Shown one piece after another: positions 40,287 through 55,387 of a stretch of DNA of 64,000 bases (position 1 is the first letter of the stretch; each line of letters opens with the position of its first letter). The stretch is from Chrysomallon squamiferum. Its lineage: Eukaryota; Animalia; Mollusca. Location: contig CM022678.1 of NCBI GenBank assembly GCA_012295275.1, positions 18,600,001-18,664,000 of the forward strand, read 5' to 3'. The translations under genes were made by a program, and so were the position numbers. Below the pieces are notes generated by a model. It had not been told where the DNA came from, made no database searches, and saw only the letters and a list, made by a program, of their open reading frames with translations.

Positions 40287-42432
40287 TCAACTGTAAAATG
40301 TGACGTCGTGTCTGAGAACGCTGACGTGGTTAGCAGGACACGGCTCACAATTAGCTCTTGCAGCATCTGAATAAATAGACAGATAAGTGAATGAATGAAT
40401 GAATAAAAAATACACACAGATATATAAATACAGAGATATACATTCATAAATGTGTACATATATACGTTATTGTGTGAATGTGTGTTTGTGTGAAACAGTG
40501 TGTGTGTGTGTCAGTTACCTCGTAATTTAGTTAAAAGCGGTACAGTAGTTTGCCAAAACAAACACTGTCTGTATCGAAGTCCCTGTTGTGTTGAACTGTT
40601 CAGGTTAAGATCTAGATATTTGGTTTCTTCACTCGTGAACAGAGACCAATTAGCCAAGTTTGCAGCGTTATTGGGATCTCTGCAAAGTAATATGTTACTA
40701 GTTAATTTGTTGTCTGTTTCAAGCATATAAAAATGCACATACATACAAATTAACACGTACTTGTAATTACATAGAAACATTGATACGAAAATATGTATGT
40801 GTGTCTCTCTGTCTCTGTGTATCTGTATGTTGGTGTGTTCTAAATAAAATCTAAATCTAACAAGCAAATAATAAAAAAAAGGATTCCTGAAATCCTTTCA
40901 AGTAAACTTGTGTGTAACAAACATCCGTCCGTAAAATTTTCCTTTATTAAACACAAATAAAACTACACTCACCCAGTTTTAGCAAAACTCGTCCAGTATT
41001 TTCTTACTTGTGTACTAACAGTTTTATCCTCTGTAGTAAACTTGAATGAATCGCTTCGAGTGTATCCAAAAACTAACTCCAAGTCACAAGTGTGTGCGAC
41101 ACCCATGTATTCATCATAGGGACAGACGGATGGTCTGTACTGAAGTGAGTACATGTAAACCTTGTTACCCAACTTTGAATAGGAAGTGGCAAATTCTGAA
41201 GCTGGACAGACGAAACCAAAATCCGAAAACAGTCTGTCTGACAGATCGAAATAAACCTGTCTTTGAGAAGGTACCATGGACAATTCATACTCGTTAATGA
41301 TATCAGGAACAAGGTTCAAGTCTTTCTGCATTGTTGCTATCGCGTTGACACCTAAAAGAAATCCTTTTCGAAAAGCGTTTCTGTTATCTGACTGTAAAAA
41401 TACAGGACGTATGAAGAAAGAACCGTCATTTTTGTTCACTCCAATAATAACGCTGGTGTTTTTAACGTCTCCAGACTCAAGCATTATTCTTGGATCTGAT
41501 TTGAGAAAATATTGGTCGACAACAGGAGCCCACGGAGTTGGGTTTTCTAAAGCTAATGTCAATTGTTGTTTTTCAATTATACTTTGGGGACTGATATTTT
41601 TCATACAGCGAATCATGTCCACTTCAATTTCTGAGGGACAACCCAGATTTTTCGCTAACTTCAGAGACGTTGATTTTATCGTAGACTGATCTACAGTAGC
41701 CCACCGTGCCTCCGAGGACCCGCTCTGAATAATGGCGTACTGAAACAGATCACGGGAAAGGTGAGAAAACAGATGATGGTTGACAGAAGCTGCGCCTGCG
41801 CTCTCACCAAAGAGTGAAATCTTTGCAGGATTTCCTCCGAAACGTTCTATGTTTTCATGAATCCACTTCAGTCCCAGAACTTGGTCCAGCATGCCCTGAT
41901 TCCCGGGCGCTGCGTCACTTCCTGTGTAGAAGAATCCTAAAGCTCCGAGTCGATAGTTTATTGATGCCACGATGACGTCATTTTCAGCCGCTAACAAGTC
42001 TCCTTGGGAGACGCCACTATTGATGGAACCTGTAACGAAAGCGCCTCCGTGTATCCACACAAGTGTTGATAAGTTATCGCCCTTGTTTCCTGGAGTCCAG
42101 ATGTTCAGGTACAAACAGTCTTCGCTGATTGTGTCCTTTAAACTCGGTTTGAGAGACAGATCTTGCATGCAGGATTTTTTCGGAGTTCGCGCATTCTTGA
42201 CTTCCTCGCCCCAGGCCACTGCAGGCTCTGGTCGCTTGAAACGAAGATCACCTAGCGGTGGTTTGGCGAAGGGAATTCCATAGAACGTGTTGATGGTTTT
42301 ACCTAGAACTGTCTTCTGTATCCCTTCAACTTGACCGAGTGTTGTGTTCACTACTGGATTTGTTATTGATATTTCTGTGATAAATGTCATGAAGAGTAAT
42401 CCTCTTACACATAGCTTGATTATCAGGGTCAT
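40287..42432 (-). CDS. Cholinesterase-like carboxylesterase copy 5, ~566 aa, catalytic acid Asp (NKNDG), tail truncated
   Basis: Exons 42432-40973, 40679-40519, 40366-40287. A TTA>TGA nonsense change at 40287-40289 ends the protein at ...RHDVTFYS. Confidence 0.88.
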
Positions 42433-42496
42433 ATTTTAATCTGAAAAAAGAAAGGAAAAAATATGAAGTATTAGAATGGAAGATAGGGAAGTTGAG

Positions 42497-42656
<160 letters not shown>

Positions 42657-44770
42657 GACTGGTATAGTTAGTAAAATAGTGTGTGAGAGAAATCAGACAG
42701 ACAGAGAGAGAGAGAGAGAGAGAGAGTTGACTGGTATAGTTAGTAAAATAGTGTGTGAGAGAAATCAGACAGACAGAGAGACAGACAGACACATGTACTG
42801 GAAACTGAGACAGTGAGAGAGATGATCTAAAAGAGACAAGAAGAAACAGTTACACAGGGACAGATTTTTTTATTCACAAACAAAGCCAAAACTATCAAAA
42901 TGAAAGAAAGGCAGAGATTTAGTGTCTATAGATTCAATTTGTTTGGTTGAAGCAGACAGTAATAAAATGATTATAAAATTCCAAAAACGTATCGAAATTC
43001 TAAATTCTAAATATAAAAAGGAAAAATAAATATTTACTGTATGTTTAATTTTATACTAATTTCCCTAGAAAAGGGTTGCACAAATTTTGGAAAGCTAACA
43101 CCAAACTCACCTTACATCACTGAACTCTACATCAATGTTTTTCTCTCAGAACCACGTCCAAACTAACTTCTCTCACTTATATATGTATATATGTATAGAT
43201 AGATAGATAGATAGATAGATATCAGTATGACATGTTTGTATCTGCATTGTCCCAATTACAGAATTGTTATTTACGCGCATATCAAAAATGGTGCATTTAA
43301 ACAATGTCGGCCCGGGAAGTCAACAAATTTTTTTGTTTAGTACCGGGACGAAGAATAATAAAAGTCCCGGGACGTAGACATTTCTAATTGTTTGTAAGTT
43401 CTGCGCTGCAGTTACGAGTCGCCTTTGTTTGTTAACAACGAGATGAGAACCCTGACGTGGAATGTTATGTGATTCCTGTCCTGGGTAGAATTTGTAATTA
43501 GGCTTTCATTAACTGAGTAGGTGCCTGAGCGTTTTTGTTTATCGTTTATTTGCTCGTTTTAAGCTCAACCAATTTACTGTTTTGGGTAGTAATGATATTT
43601 AATGAAATATTTGTATAAAGATAATCTAATTTTAACATAATCATTCTTTTGTCTTCAAAGAAACTAAAAAAGAAGATCTTTAAGGAATCTTGATAAATAT
43701 GTAATTTAATTTGTAACTACGTAAATATATAAGAACTATATGTTAATACTTTTATCTTAATTCTTACGTTCATTTTTTTTTTTTTTTTTCCTGAGTTTGT
43801 ATACTGTAACCTATTACACAACTGATTCTCTTTTATAACTGCATTCTTGTCTGTCTTGTGTTTACAGTCATGCTGACTTTGAAAAATAAATAAACTGAAC
43901 AGAAATTGAATTGTAGAAATAGTAGTAGTAGTAGTAATAGCTGCAGTACAGTATCATCTCGTTGTTACGTTTTGACTGCGCACAGCGTCAACCAGGTAAA
44001 CCGTAAACTGATGAGTAACGTGACATCGACAGATCCTCGCTGGTACAGTTCAGCTTGTCCCGCTAAGCTGACACAATTTTAAGATCATTTATACAAGTTG
44101 TCGACTTCACGGGCCTTAACCATTCAAACAGTGTTGATGAATATTGCAATTAAAACTATTTGTCCAACACTAATCAAACAGAAAAAAACCAACAAAAAAC
44201 AACAAGATTCAAACACAGAAGAAATATAAAATAACAACTAGTTTCGTACCTGACACCTTCATCAGACAGAGCTAATTTTTCTGTCAGTTTGACTGATTCT
44301 GATGTGCACACTTAAAAATTATTCCAACCACTCTCCTAGAACAAATTTAAAGTGTCCACATACTAAAATGTTCAGCACTTACATGTCACACGAAATAATT
44401 TTTATCAACAAGCAAAGACAAAGATTAACAAGACACGTATTCACCGACGGACACTCTGTCTGTTATGGTGTACAAATGATCGTATAACCCGTCTATTTCC
44501 CTCACATTATCGCAGCGACTACTCACGAAATAAGAAGAAGAAATAAATAAAGAAACAAACAAAGAAAAAAAGATATCAAAAACACTTCGATATTCAAATG
44601 AACAGATAGATATCTGCCGCCCGATGAATCAGCCCATTAATTAAATATTTTAGTGACAAAAATAGAATAATGTATCTCTGAATCATAGCAAAGACCGATA
44701 TCGTGTGTTTTCTGTCCTTGATATATAAATGTATACAGAGACACAGATTCCTGCATGCGTACATATCTAC

Positions 44771-44821
<51 letters not shown>

Positions 44822-45938
44822 CAGACAGATACACGTACACACACACACAGAAATGATACACATATGTACACACATCTTATCTGGATAGGCGAATAAGACA
44901 ACACAAGTTTCAGTGTTACTGTACATATATGTAAGTATAACGTGACAGTTTCATAAATGTGATATTCATCTTTCTGTGCTGTTTTGTTTGGAAGATATTC
45001 CGGACGTGTTAAGTAATAAATCATTTTATTCTTTATTTAGTCACACTACTTTCAGCCTGTCTTTCAGCATATGTATGCAGGTGTGAGTGTGTATTTGAAT
45101 GAGCATCTGTGTTTATATATTTATATGTGTCTTTCTGTGGGTGCTTATTTGTGTCAATATGTGTTTGTCTCTCTGCATTTATTTGATTGTGTCTGTTTTT
45201 TCTGATTAAACGTGTGGATTTACATTTTTCTGTGTGTATCTCTGTTTATGAGTATCCACGTCTATTCATGACAATAAAAATAATTGTAATTTGAAGTCAT
45301 TTAGTTTTAGAAATATGTTCAGACACAGATATATATATGCATATAGATAGTTAGAAAGATACAGAGACAGAAATGAATAGATATAGATATATCAAAGAGA
45401 AAAAAGAAAGATCTCTGATTCTACAGTCTCGTCTCAAACTAAAAATCAGTTGAGATAATTTGTTTTTCTTCTCCATCATAAAATATCGTCTGTGAATTAT
45501 GGGTATATTATCTGTCGTTTGTTTCGTTTTCATCACTTCATCATGTAATATTTCCTACAATGTCCGACACATTTCAGATTCACTGCGTAAGTTTAGTTTT
45601 GTTTATAACAGTATTTAACAATCACAACCAACGTATTCAGTTAAATATGACAAATTTAATACTTAGAAAACGAACTTTAGTCTAAGAATATCGATATATA
45701 AACATATTATAACTAAATATAAGGGGTATAATGTACTTAATTTTGTAAAATACATTTTCAACAACGCATTAAATGGTTTAATAAGATTAAACAGATACAG
45801 AAATAAGTATAATATAGTTAATATTCACAAAACACATCTTCGTTTAATTATCTGATATTAATGTTTTGATACAGATTTCAAACCAGGTAAAAATAAACTG
45901 ATGCCTGTAAATACCAGAAGACAACTTTGTATGTGACA

Positions 45939-48113
45939 TCAACGCAGACGGCAGAGTTGGAGAAACACGTTAATTAGAAATAAACTGTAAAATGTGACGT
46001 CGTGTCTGACAACGCTGACGTGGTTAGCAGGACACGGCTCAGACTTAGCTCGTGCAGCACCTAAATAAATAGACAGATAAGTGAATGAATGAATGAATAA
46101 AAAATACACACAACTATATATAAATACAGAGATACATATTCACAAATGTGTACATATATACGCTATTGTGTGAATGTGTGTTTGTGTGAAAGAGTGTGTT
46201 AGTGTGTCAGTTACCTCGTAATTTAGATAAAAGCGGTACAGTAGTTTGCCAGAACAAACACTGTCTGTATCGAAGTCCCTGTTGAGTTGAACTCTTCAGG
46301 TCAAGATCTAGATATTTGGTTTCTTCACCCGTGAACAGAGGCCAGTTAGTCGAGTTGGCAGCGTTATTGGGATCCCTGAAATATAATATCTTATTAGTTA
46401 ACTTGTTGTCTGTATGAAGCATATAAAAACGCACACAAATACAAATTAATACATACCCCTAATTACATACAAACATAGATACGAAAATATAAGTGTGTGT
46501 CTCTCTCGCTCTGTGTATCTGTCTGTGGGTGTGTTTTGAATAAACACTAAGCCTAACAAGCAAAATTCCTGAAATCCCATCAAGTAAGCTTGTGTGTTAC
46601 AAACATCCGTACGTAAAATCTTCCCTTATTAAACACAAATAAAACTACACTCACCCAGTTTTAGCAAAACTCGTCCAGTATTTTCGTACTTGTGTACTAA
46701 CAGTTTTATCCTCTGTAGTAAACTTAAGTGTGTCGCTTCGCGTGTGTCCAAAAACTAACTCCAAGTCACAACTGTGTGTGACTCCCATGTATTCAGCATA
46801 GGGACAGACGGATGGTCTGTACTGAAGTGAGTACATGAAAACCTTGTTACCCAACTTTGAATACGCCGTCGCAAATTCTGAAGCTGGACAAACGAAAGCA
46901 AAATCCGAAAACAGTTTGTCTGACAGATCAAAATAGTCCTGTCTTTGAGAAGGTACGACTGACATTTCGTACTCGTTTATGATAGCAGGAACAAGAGTGA
47001 AGTCTCTGAGAAGAGTTGCTGTCGCGTTGACAGCTAAAAGAAATCCTTTTCGAAATGCGTTTCTGTTATCTGACTGTAAAAATACAGGACGTATGAAGAA
47101 AGAACCGTCATTTTTGTTCACTCCAATAATAACGCTGGTGTTTTTAACGTCTCCAGATTTAAGCATTTTTCTTGGATCTGATTTGAGGAAATATTGGTCG
47201 ACAATAGGAGCCCACGGAGTTGGGTTTCCTAAAGCTAATGTCAATTTTTGTTTTTCAGTTATACTTTGGGGACTGATATTTTTCATACAGCGAATCATGG
47301 CCACTTCTTTTTCTGAGGGACAACCCAGATCTTTCGCTAACTTCAGAGAAGTTGATTTTAAAGTAGACTGATCTACAGTAGCCCACAGTGCCTCTGAGGT
47401 CCCGCTCTGAATAATGGCGTACTGAAAGAGGTCACGTGAAAGGTGAGAAAACAGATGATGATTGACAGAAGCTGCGCCTGCGCTTTCACCAAAAAGTGAA
47501 ATCTTTGCAGGATTTCCTCCGAAACGTTCTATGTTTTCATGAATCCACTTCAGTCCCAGAACCTGGTCCAGCATGCCCTGATTCCCGGGCGCTGCGTCAC
47601 TTCCTGTGTAGAAGAATCCTAAAGCTCCGAGTCGATAGTTTATTGATGCCACTATGACGTCATTTTCAGCCGCTAACAAGTCTCCTTGGTACACTCCTTC
47701 ATTGATAGAACCTCTAGTGAAAGCGCCCCATATATCCACACAAGTGTTGATAAGTTATCGCCCTTGTTACCTGGAGTCCAGATGTTCAGGTACAAACAGT
47801 CTTCGTTGATTGTGTCCTTTAAACTCGGTATGCGAGAAGAATTTTGCACACAGGAATTTTTCGGAGTTGTAGCATTCAGGACTTCCTCGCCCCAGGCCAC
47901 TGCAGGCTCTGGTCGCTTGAAACGAAGATCACCTAGCGGTGGTTTGGCGAAGGGAATTCCATAGAACGTGTTGATGGTTTTACCTAGAACTGTCTGCTGT
48001 ATCCCTTCAACTTTACCGAGTGTTGTGTTCACTACTAGATTTTTTGTTAATATTTCTGCGACGAAGGAAAGGAAGAATAATCCTGTCACAAATATCAAGA
48101 TTATCAATGCCAT
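45939..48113 (-). CDS. Cholinesterase-like carboxylesterase copy 6; -1 frameshift in the oxyanion-hole GG codons (pseudogene or homopolymer error)
   Basis: Exons 48113-46655 (1459 nt), 46375-46215, 46060-45939. There is a C4 run at 47726-47729 where copy 7 has C5. Otherwise intact (GESAG, NKNDG, GVTH, full tail). Confidence 0.8.
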
Positions 48114-48170
48114 GGTTTGATCTGAAGAGAATGGAAATAAAATTAAATATTAGAATGGAAGAGGTAGATG

Positions 48171-48300
<130 letters not shown>

Positions 48301-49726
48301 AGGTAGATAGAGAGATAGACTTTCAAGTAAATATGTAGATATAGTGATAGACAGGCAGACAGAGATATACATATAGACAGATTGATAGATATACTGAAAA
48401 CTGAGAAAAAGGTGTAGACAGTTAGAGAGAGAAACAAAAGGAGATGGATACAGAAATAGTTTTTATTCGCAAATAAATTCAAAAACTATTCAAATGAAAG
48501 GAAATCAGATATTTTTTCTATAAAGGATAAATTGGATTAGTCAAAGCCGATATTAAAAGAATGATTATATAATTCCAAAAACGTATCGAAAATGTAAATT
48601 CTCAATATCACAATGAAAAATAAATGTTTACTGTATTTTTTAATTTTATACTAATTTCCCTAGAAAAGGGTTGGACAACCTTTGTAAAGCCAACCCCGAA
48701 CTCACCATAAGTCACTGAACCCTACGTCCATGTTTTTCTCTCACAACCACGTCCCAACAAACTGTCACTTATTATATCTTTGATACGTTCTAGTTTTATC
48801 GTTTTATATTATCTGTTTATCGGCCACTGCACTGACATCTTCGTATATCATATAATTAAAAAAAATATATAAAGAAAAATAAAATATTCCATCATTGAAA
48901 GGATACCAAATAAGAACAAGTTTCATACCTGACATCTACGTTTGACACCACACAGAACAATTTTCTATCAATGTTTTCGGTGACTCTGATGTGCTCACTT
49001 AAAACACGCTTTCCCAGAACGAATCTGAAATGTCGACATCCTAAGATGATCAGAACTTACCTTCACACTTACTTCAAGAAGCGACGCATTCACCGACGAA
49101 TACTCTCTCTGTTGTGGTATAAAAATGATCGAACAACCCGTGCACTTTTCTCACAGTGACAGGCAGCGAATAGTCATGAAATAAATAAGAAGAAGAAAAA
49201 CAAAATGAAAAGCAAAGACAGAAATCAAAAAGGTGTCTGACCTAAATACTGTAGATTCAAATGAACAGACGAACAAGCCCTCTAAGTAAATATTTGAGTG
49301 ACAAAAATAGAATGATGATTCTTTATATCATAGCAAAGACCGATATCGTGTTTTTCTATATTATAGATATAAATATATACACATACCCGGACTCATACAC
49401 ACTTAGACGTACACACAGGTTATCTACGTATGTGAACAAGATAACACAATATTCAGTGTTATTTTCCCTCTATGTAGGTATAACGTGACAGTTTCATAAA
49501 CGACATATTTATCTTTATGTCTGCCTGAGCTGTTTTGTTTGGTAGATATTGCAGACGTATTCAGTAGCAGCTTAATTTGTTGTTCTTTATCTAGTCAGGG
49601 CTTTCAATCTGTCATTAGAAATGTCTGCAGGTTTGAATGTGTATTCATGTGTGAATCTGTGTTTATGTATTCATGTCTATATCTTTGTGTCGATGCGTTT
49701 TTTTATATATATATATATATATATAC

Positions 49727-49758
<32 letters not shown>

Positions 49759-50488
49759 GCGTTTATTTTCAAGTCTGTTTTTCTCTGCGTTAACGTTATG
49801 GATACATCTGTATTTATGTGTTTGTGCCAGTTTGTCTGTGTGTATCTGTGTTCGTGAGTATGTACTATTCATGACAAAGAAATTAAATGTAACTTCCATC
49901 CATTTACTTATATAGAAATACGGTCATATATATATATATATCAAGAGAAAAAAGAAAGATCTCTGATTCTACAGCCTCGTCTCAAACTAAAAATCAGGAC
50001 AGATGATTTGTTTATCTTCTCCATCATGAAATATCGTGTGTGAATTACGGGAATATTAACTGTCTTCTGTTTCGTTTCATCACTATCTCATTTCGTATTT
50101 CCTACAATGTCACAAACATTAAAGATCCATTTTGTACGTTTAGTTTTCCTTAACGGTAATATTTAACATTCACCAGAGACATATTCAGCTAAGAATAGCA
50201 TATTTGATACTGAGAAAACGAATTTTCACTTAAGCATATCGAGATATAAAAACATTTTCAGCTAAATATAACAGGTATAACGTACTTAATTTTATTAAAG
50301 ATAATTTCAACAACGTATTAAATGTTTTTATAACATTAAACAGATACTGAACTAAGTATAATATTATTAATATTCACAAAACACATCTTCATCTAATAAT
50401 CTGATATTTAACGTTTTCAAATACGTTTTCAACCATGTAAGAATACATGTCTGTCAGTAAATATCATCCGAGAACTTTGTATGTGACA

Positions 50489-50653
50489 TCAACGCAGACG
50501 GCAGACTTGGAGAAAGATGGTAATAAGAAATAAACTGTAAAATGTGACTTCGTTTCTGAGAGCGCTGACGTGGTTAGCACGACACGGCTCACAATCAGCT
50601 CGTGCAGCATCTGAATAAATAGACAGATAAGTAAATGAATGAATGAATAAAAA

Positions 50654-50685
<32 letters not shown>

Positions 50686-50768
50686 ACATATATATATATA
50701 GACAAAGATATACCTTCATAAATTTGTACATATATGTTTTAATAAATAAGGAAACTACTAGATTATAT

Positions 50769-50815
<47 letters not shown>

Positions 50816-53179
50816 TAGATATAGATATAGATATAGATATATGTATGTATGTATATAGATAGATAGATATAGATATATCTATGTATGTATATAGGTAGAT
50901 AGGTATAGATACAGATATATACAGATATTTACATCTGCGCATGAATGTGATGGAGTGCCCATGCTTGCGTGTGTTTGTATCTATGTGCTTGTGTTTGTGT
51001 GTGTGTGTCTGTGTGAGTGTGTCAGTTACCTCGTAATTTAGTTAAAAGTGGTACAGTAAAAAACCTGAATAAATAGACAGATAAGTGAATGAATGAATGA
51101 ATAAAATATACACACAACTATATATAAATACAGAGATATACATTCACAAATGTGTACATATATACGTTATTGTGTGAATGTGTGTTTGTGTGAAACAGTG
51201 CGTTAGTGTGTCAGTTACCTCGTAATTTAGTTAAAAGCGGTACAGTAGTTTGCCAAAACAAACACTGTCTGTATCGAAGTCCCTGTTGTGTTGAACTGTT
51301 CAGGTTAATATCTAGATATTTGGTTTCTTCACTCGTGAACAGAGGCCAGTTAGTCGAGTCGACAGCGTTATTGGGATCCCTGAAACATAATATATTATTA
51401 GTTAATTTTTCTGTGTATGAAGCATATAAAACCCACACAAATACAAACTAACACGTAGTTTTAATTACATATAAAAATACATAAAAAAATACATACATAT
51501 ACATAAATATTCATATATATACATATACAAATATACGTACATACAAACATATATATATTTATACATCGTGTATGGCTCTCTGTGTGTGTGTGTCTCAGTG
51601 AGTGTTTTGAATAAAGTCTAAGCCTAACAAGCAAATAATTTAAAATATTCCTGTAATCCCATCAAAACAACTTGTGTCTTACAAACTTCCATTATAAAAA
51701 TAAATAAAACTACACTCACCCAGTTTTAGCAAAGCTCGTCCAGTATTTTCGTACTTGTGTACTAACAGTTTTATCCTCTGTAGTAAACTTGAATGAATCG
51801 CTTCGAGTGTGTCCAAAAACTAACTCCAAGTCACAAGTGTGTGTGACACCCATGTATTCATCATAGGGACAGACGGATGGTCTGTACTGAAGTGAGTACA
51901 TGAAAACCTTGTTACCCAACTTTGAATAGGACGTCGCAAATTCTGAAGCTGGACAAACGAAAGCAAAATCCGCAAACAGTTTGTCTGACAGATCGAAATA
52001 AACCTGTCTTTGAGAAGGTACCATGGACAATTCGTACTCGTTTATGATAGCAGGAACAAGAGTCAAGTCTCTCAGAAGAGCTGCTGTCGCGTTGACAGCT
52101 AAAAGAAATCCTTTTCGAAATGTGGCTCTGCTGTCTGGTGTTGGAAATAAACGCCACATGAAGACAGAACCTTCATTTTTGTTCACTCCAATAATAATGC
52201 TGGTGTTTTTAACGTCTCCAGCTTCAAGCATTTTTCTTGGATCTGATTTGAGAAAATATTGGTCGACAACAGGAGCCCATGGAGTTAGGTTAGTTAGAGA
52301 TAGTGTTTGTTGTTTTTGAATTATTCTTTCAGGATCGATATTTTTCATACACCGAATCATGTCGACTTCTTTTTCTGAAGGACAATCCAGATCTTTCGCT
52401 AACTTCAGAGATGTTGACTTTAAAGTAGACGGATCTACAGTAGCCCACAGTGCCTCCGAGGACCCGCTCTGAATAATGGCGTACTGAAAGAGATCACGGG
52501 AAAGGTGAGAAAACAGATGATGATTGACAGAAGCTGCGCCTGAGCTTCCACCGATAAGTGAAATTTGTTCTCGATTTCCTCCGAAACGTTCTATGTTTTC
52601 ATGAATCCACTTCAGTCCCAGAACCTGGTCCAGCATGCCCTGATTCCCGGGCGCTGCGTCACTTCCTGTGTAGAAGAATCCTAAAGCTCCGAGTCGATAG
52701 TTGATTGCCGCGACTATGACTTCATTTTCGGCCGCTAAGTAATCTCCTTGTGAGGGAAGTCTGTTAACAGAACCTTTAGTGAAAGCGCCCCCGTGTATCC
52801 ATACAAGAGTTGATAAATTATCGCCCTTCTTTCCTGGAGTCCAGATGTTCAGGTACAAACAGTCTTCACTTATTGTCTCGTTTATACCCGGTGTGGCAGA
52901 CAGATCTTGCATGCAGGAATTTTTCGGAGTTGTAGCATTCTTGACTTCCTCGCCCCAGGCCACTGCAGGCTCTGGTCTCTTGAATCGAAGATCACCTAGC
53001 GGTGGTTTGGCGAAGGGAATTCCATAGAACGTGTTGATGGTTTTACCCAGAACTGTCTGCTGTATCCCTTCAACTTGACCGAGTGTTGTGTTTACTACTG
53101 GATTTTCTGTTGATATTTCTGCGACGAAGGAAAGGTAGAGTAATCCTGTCGCAAATAAACTGAATGATAGTTCTGTCAT
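50489..53179 (-). CDS. Cholinesterase-like carboxylesterase copy 7, ~580 aa, GGSSG nucleophile elbow, divergent N-terminus
   Basis: Exons 53179-51720, 51379-51219, 50610-50489; optional 35-nt chimeric mini-exon 51064-51030. It has a unique upstream region with an acceptor at ~53186 and a donor at ~53723. Confidence 0.9.
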
Positions 53180-53485
53180 CTTGTACTGAAAAACCAGAAA
53201 ACAGTTGATTATATTACTGCCTTTTCTTGAATCCGTTGAAAATAATGTAAGACAGACAGACGTAACTACATCATTTGCTTTTCTCTGAGTGTTTAGAATG
53301 ATAGATAGTCACTTTTATAGCTTTTGAAAACCATTGGTTAAGTAAAAATATTCATGCATAGATACAGATATAAATCACTTAGATAAGTTAAAGTGTATCC
53401 ATATGTATATATCTGTGTGTGTTGTGTGTGTTGATACCTAATCGTGTACAAGCAAGTATTAATGTTTAAACGTGTCTCAGAGAGA

Positions 53486-53583
<98 letters not shown>

Positions 53584-53608
53584 GAACTGATCAATTGAAA
53601 ATGTAAAG

Positions 53609-53647
<39 letters not shown>

Positions 53648-54006
53648 GATAGATAGATATAGATATATATGGTAGTTATAATAAATTTCGAATGGCGTTA
53701 TCCAAACATTTTCAAAAGCTTACCTGTTACACAAAATAAGTTCTTTCAACAAGGAATGAAAATGAACAAAACTATTCGTGTATTGAGGACAACCTTCTTG
53801 CCTGTTGTGTATAAATATGTTCTACTGATACCATGGAAGTTCAGCTCACCTCGCTTTTATTTTCTTCTGTCACAAAGGTTTTATGATTCAGTGAGTAATC
53901 ATGAAAAGCTACTTCTATCACAAGCTGTACCAACTGCCGAGTGTAATCAGACAACTATAAAAAAAAAAAAAAAAAAAAAAAAATAACAGAAGTAGGGATT
54001 AATAAG

Positions 54007-54037
<31 letters not shown>

Positions 54038-54357
54038 ATTCTTCTGATCTCAATACTCCAGATTTCAATGAACACGTTTTTGTAATCCGATATAAAACAT
54101 ATTGCTTAATAATGAAATAAATCAAATAATAAAAAATCCAGAGTGTTTTTTTTTTTTTAGTATTATTTGTAAGTGTTAACCGGTGTTGCATGTTAACGGC
54201 TGATATGGTGTTTGTGTTTTGTAGACGTACAATTCGAGGAAGAAAAAGAAACAAAAACAACGAGTATATTTTATTATGCATGATATTCATTTATTTATGT
54301 ATTCATCTATTCATTATATTATATTATATTATATTATATTGTATTGTATTATATTAT

Positions 54358-54389
<32 letters not shown>

Positions 54390-55274
54390 TTTGTTACATT
54401 ATTTATTTTATTTATTATTACAGGTAATTGTTTCCTATTTCCAACTAATTTTGTTTAATCGGAACATACACAGCTCAGTGTTCTAATTAGAGTTATTTCC
54501 CTTGCACTATATATATATATAATACATTATTAACACCTTTCTTTCGACTGGCTCGCGTTCGATGTGATACTTTATTAGCTAGACACTTGAAAAGGTGTTA
54601 AAATTTGCTTAAAATCCACATTAAAATTGATACGCTTCGTTTCACTTGCAGTCAATGGGCTTTCTTCACAGGCAGTATTATACTGAGTGAAAAAAATGAA
54701 TGTGCTAATCGGAGCAAGCTGTTGTAAAGGACAAGCACGCTCTCTGACACAGGCAGGTGGGCGTGTCTGTCGCTGAAAGGTCACAGAGTGTTGTGGGTAC
54801 ATTTATGTATGTGCGAACATGTGTACTTATTACGTGGGTACGTATATGTTGTCTATTTACATATGCATTTGGTGTTGGTTTGAATGTAATTGCACAGGTA
54901 TTTTATATTTGGTACTTGTCCAGGTGTGAAAGTGAGGTTATGTATGTGTTAAAATAAATACGTGAAAATTTGAGTAAAATATGTGATACATATGATTAAC
55001 TCAGGAAACTAGCAATACAGTGACTAAAAGTAGATCATTTTCTGAAAGGTTCCAGTAATTATACATATTTCATGTTAATACATGTTTCCTGTAATACACA
55101 CACACACACATACTCACACACCCATACACATACGCACAGACGTAATAATGCTCATGCTAGGATAGATACATACATACCCGCATACATACATACATACATG
55201 AAATATGCACCCATACATACCTACACAGATAAATAAACATACAGATGCATGCATGTATGCATAGATATATACCT

Positions 55275-55340
<66 letters not shown>

Positions 55341-55387
55341 TTACAGACATACGTACATACATACATATTGTCTTGAAGGCCTAACGG

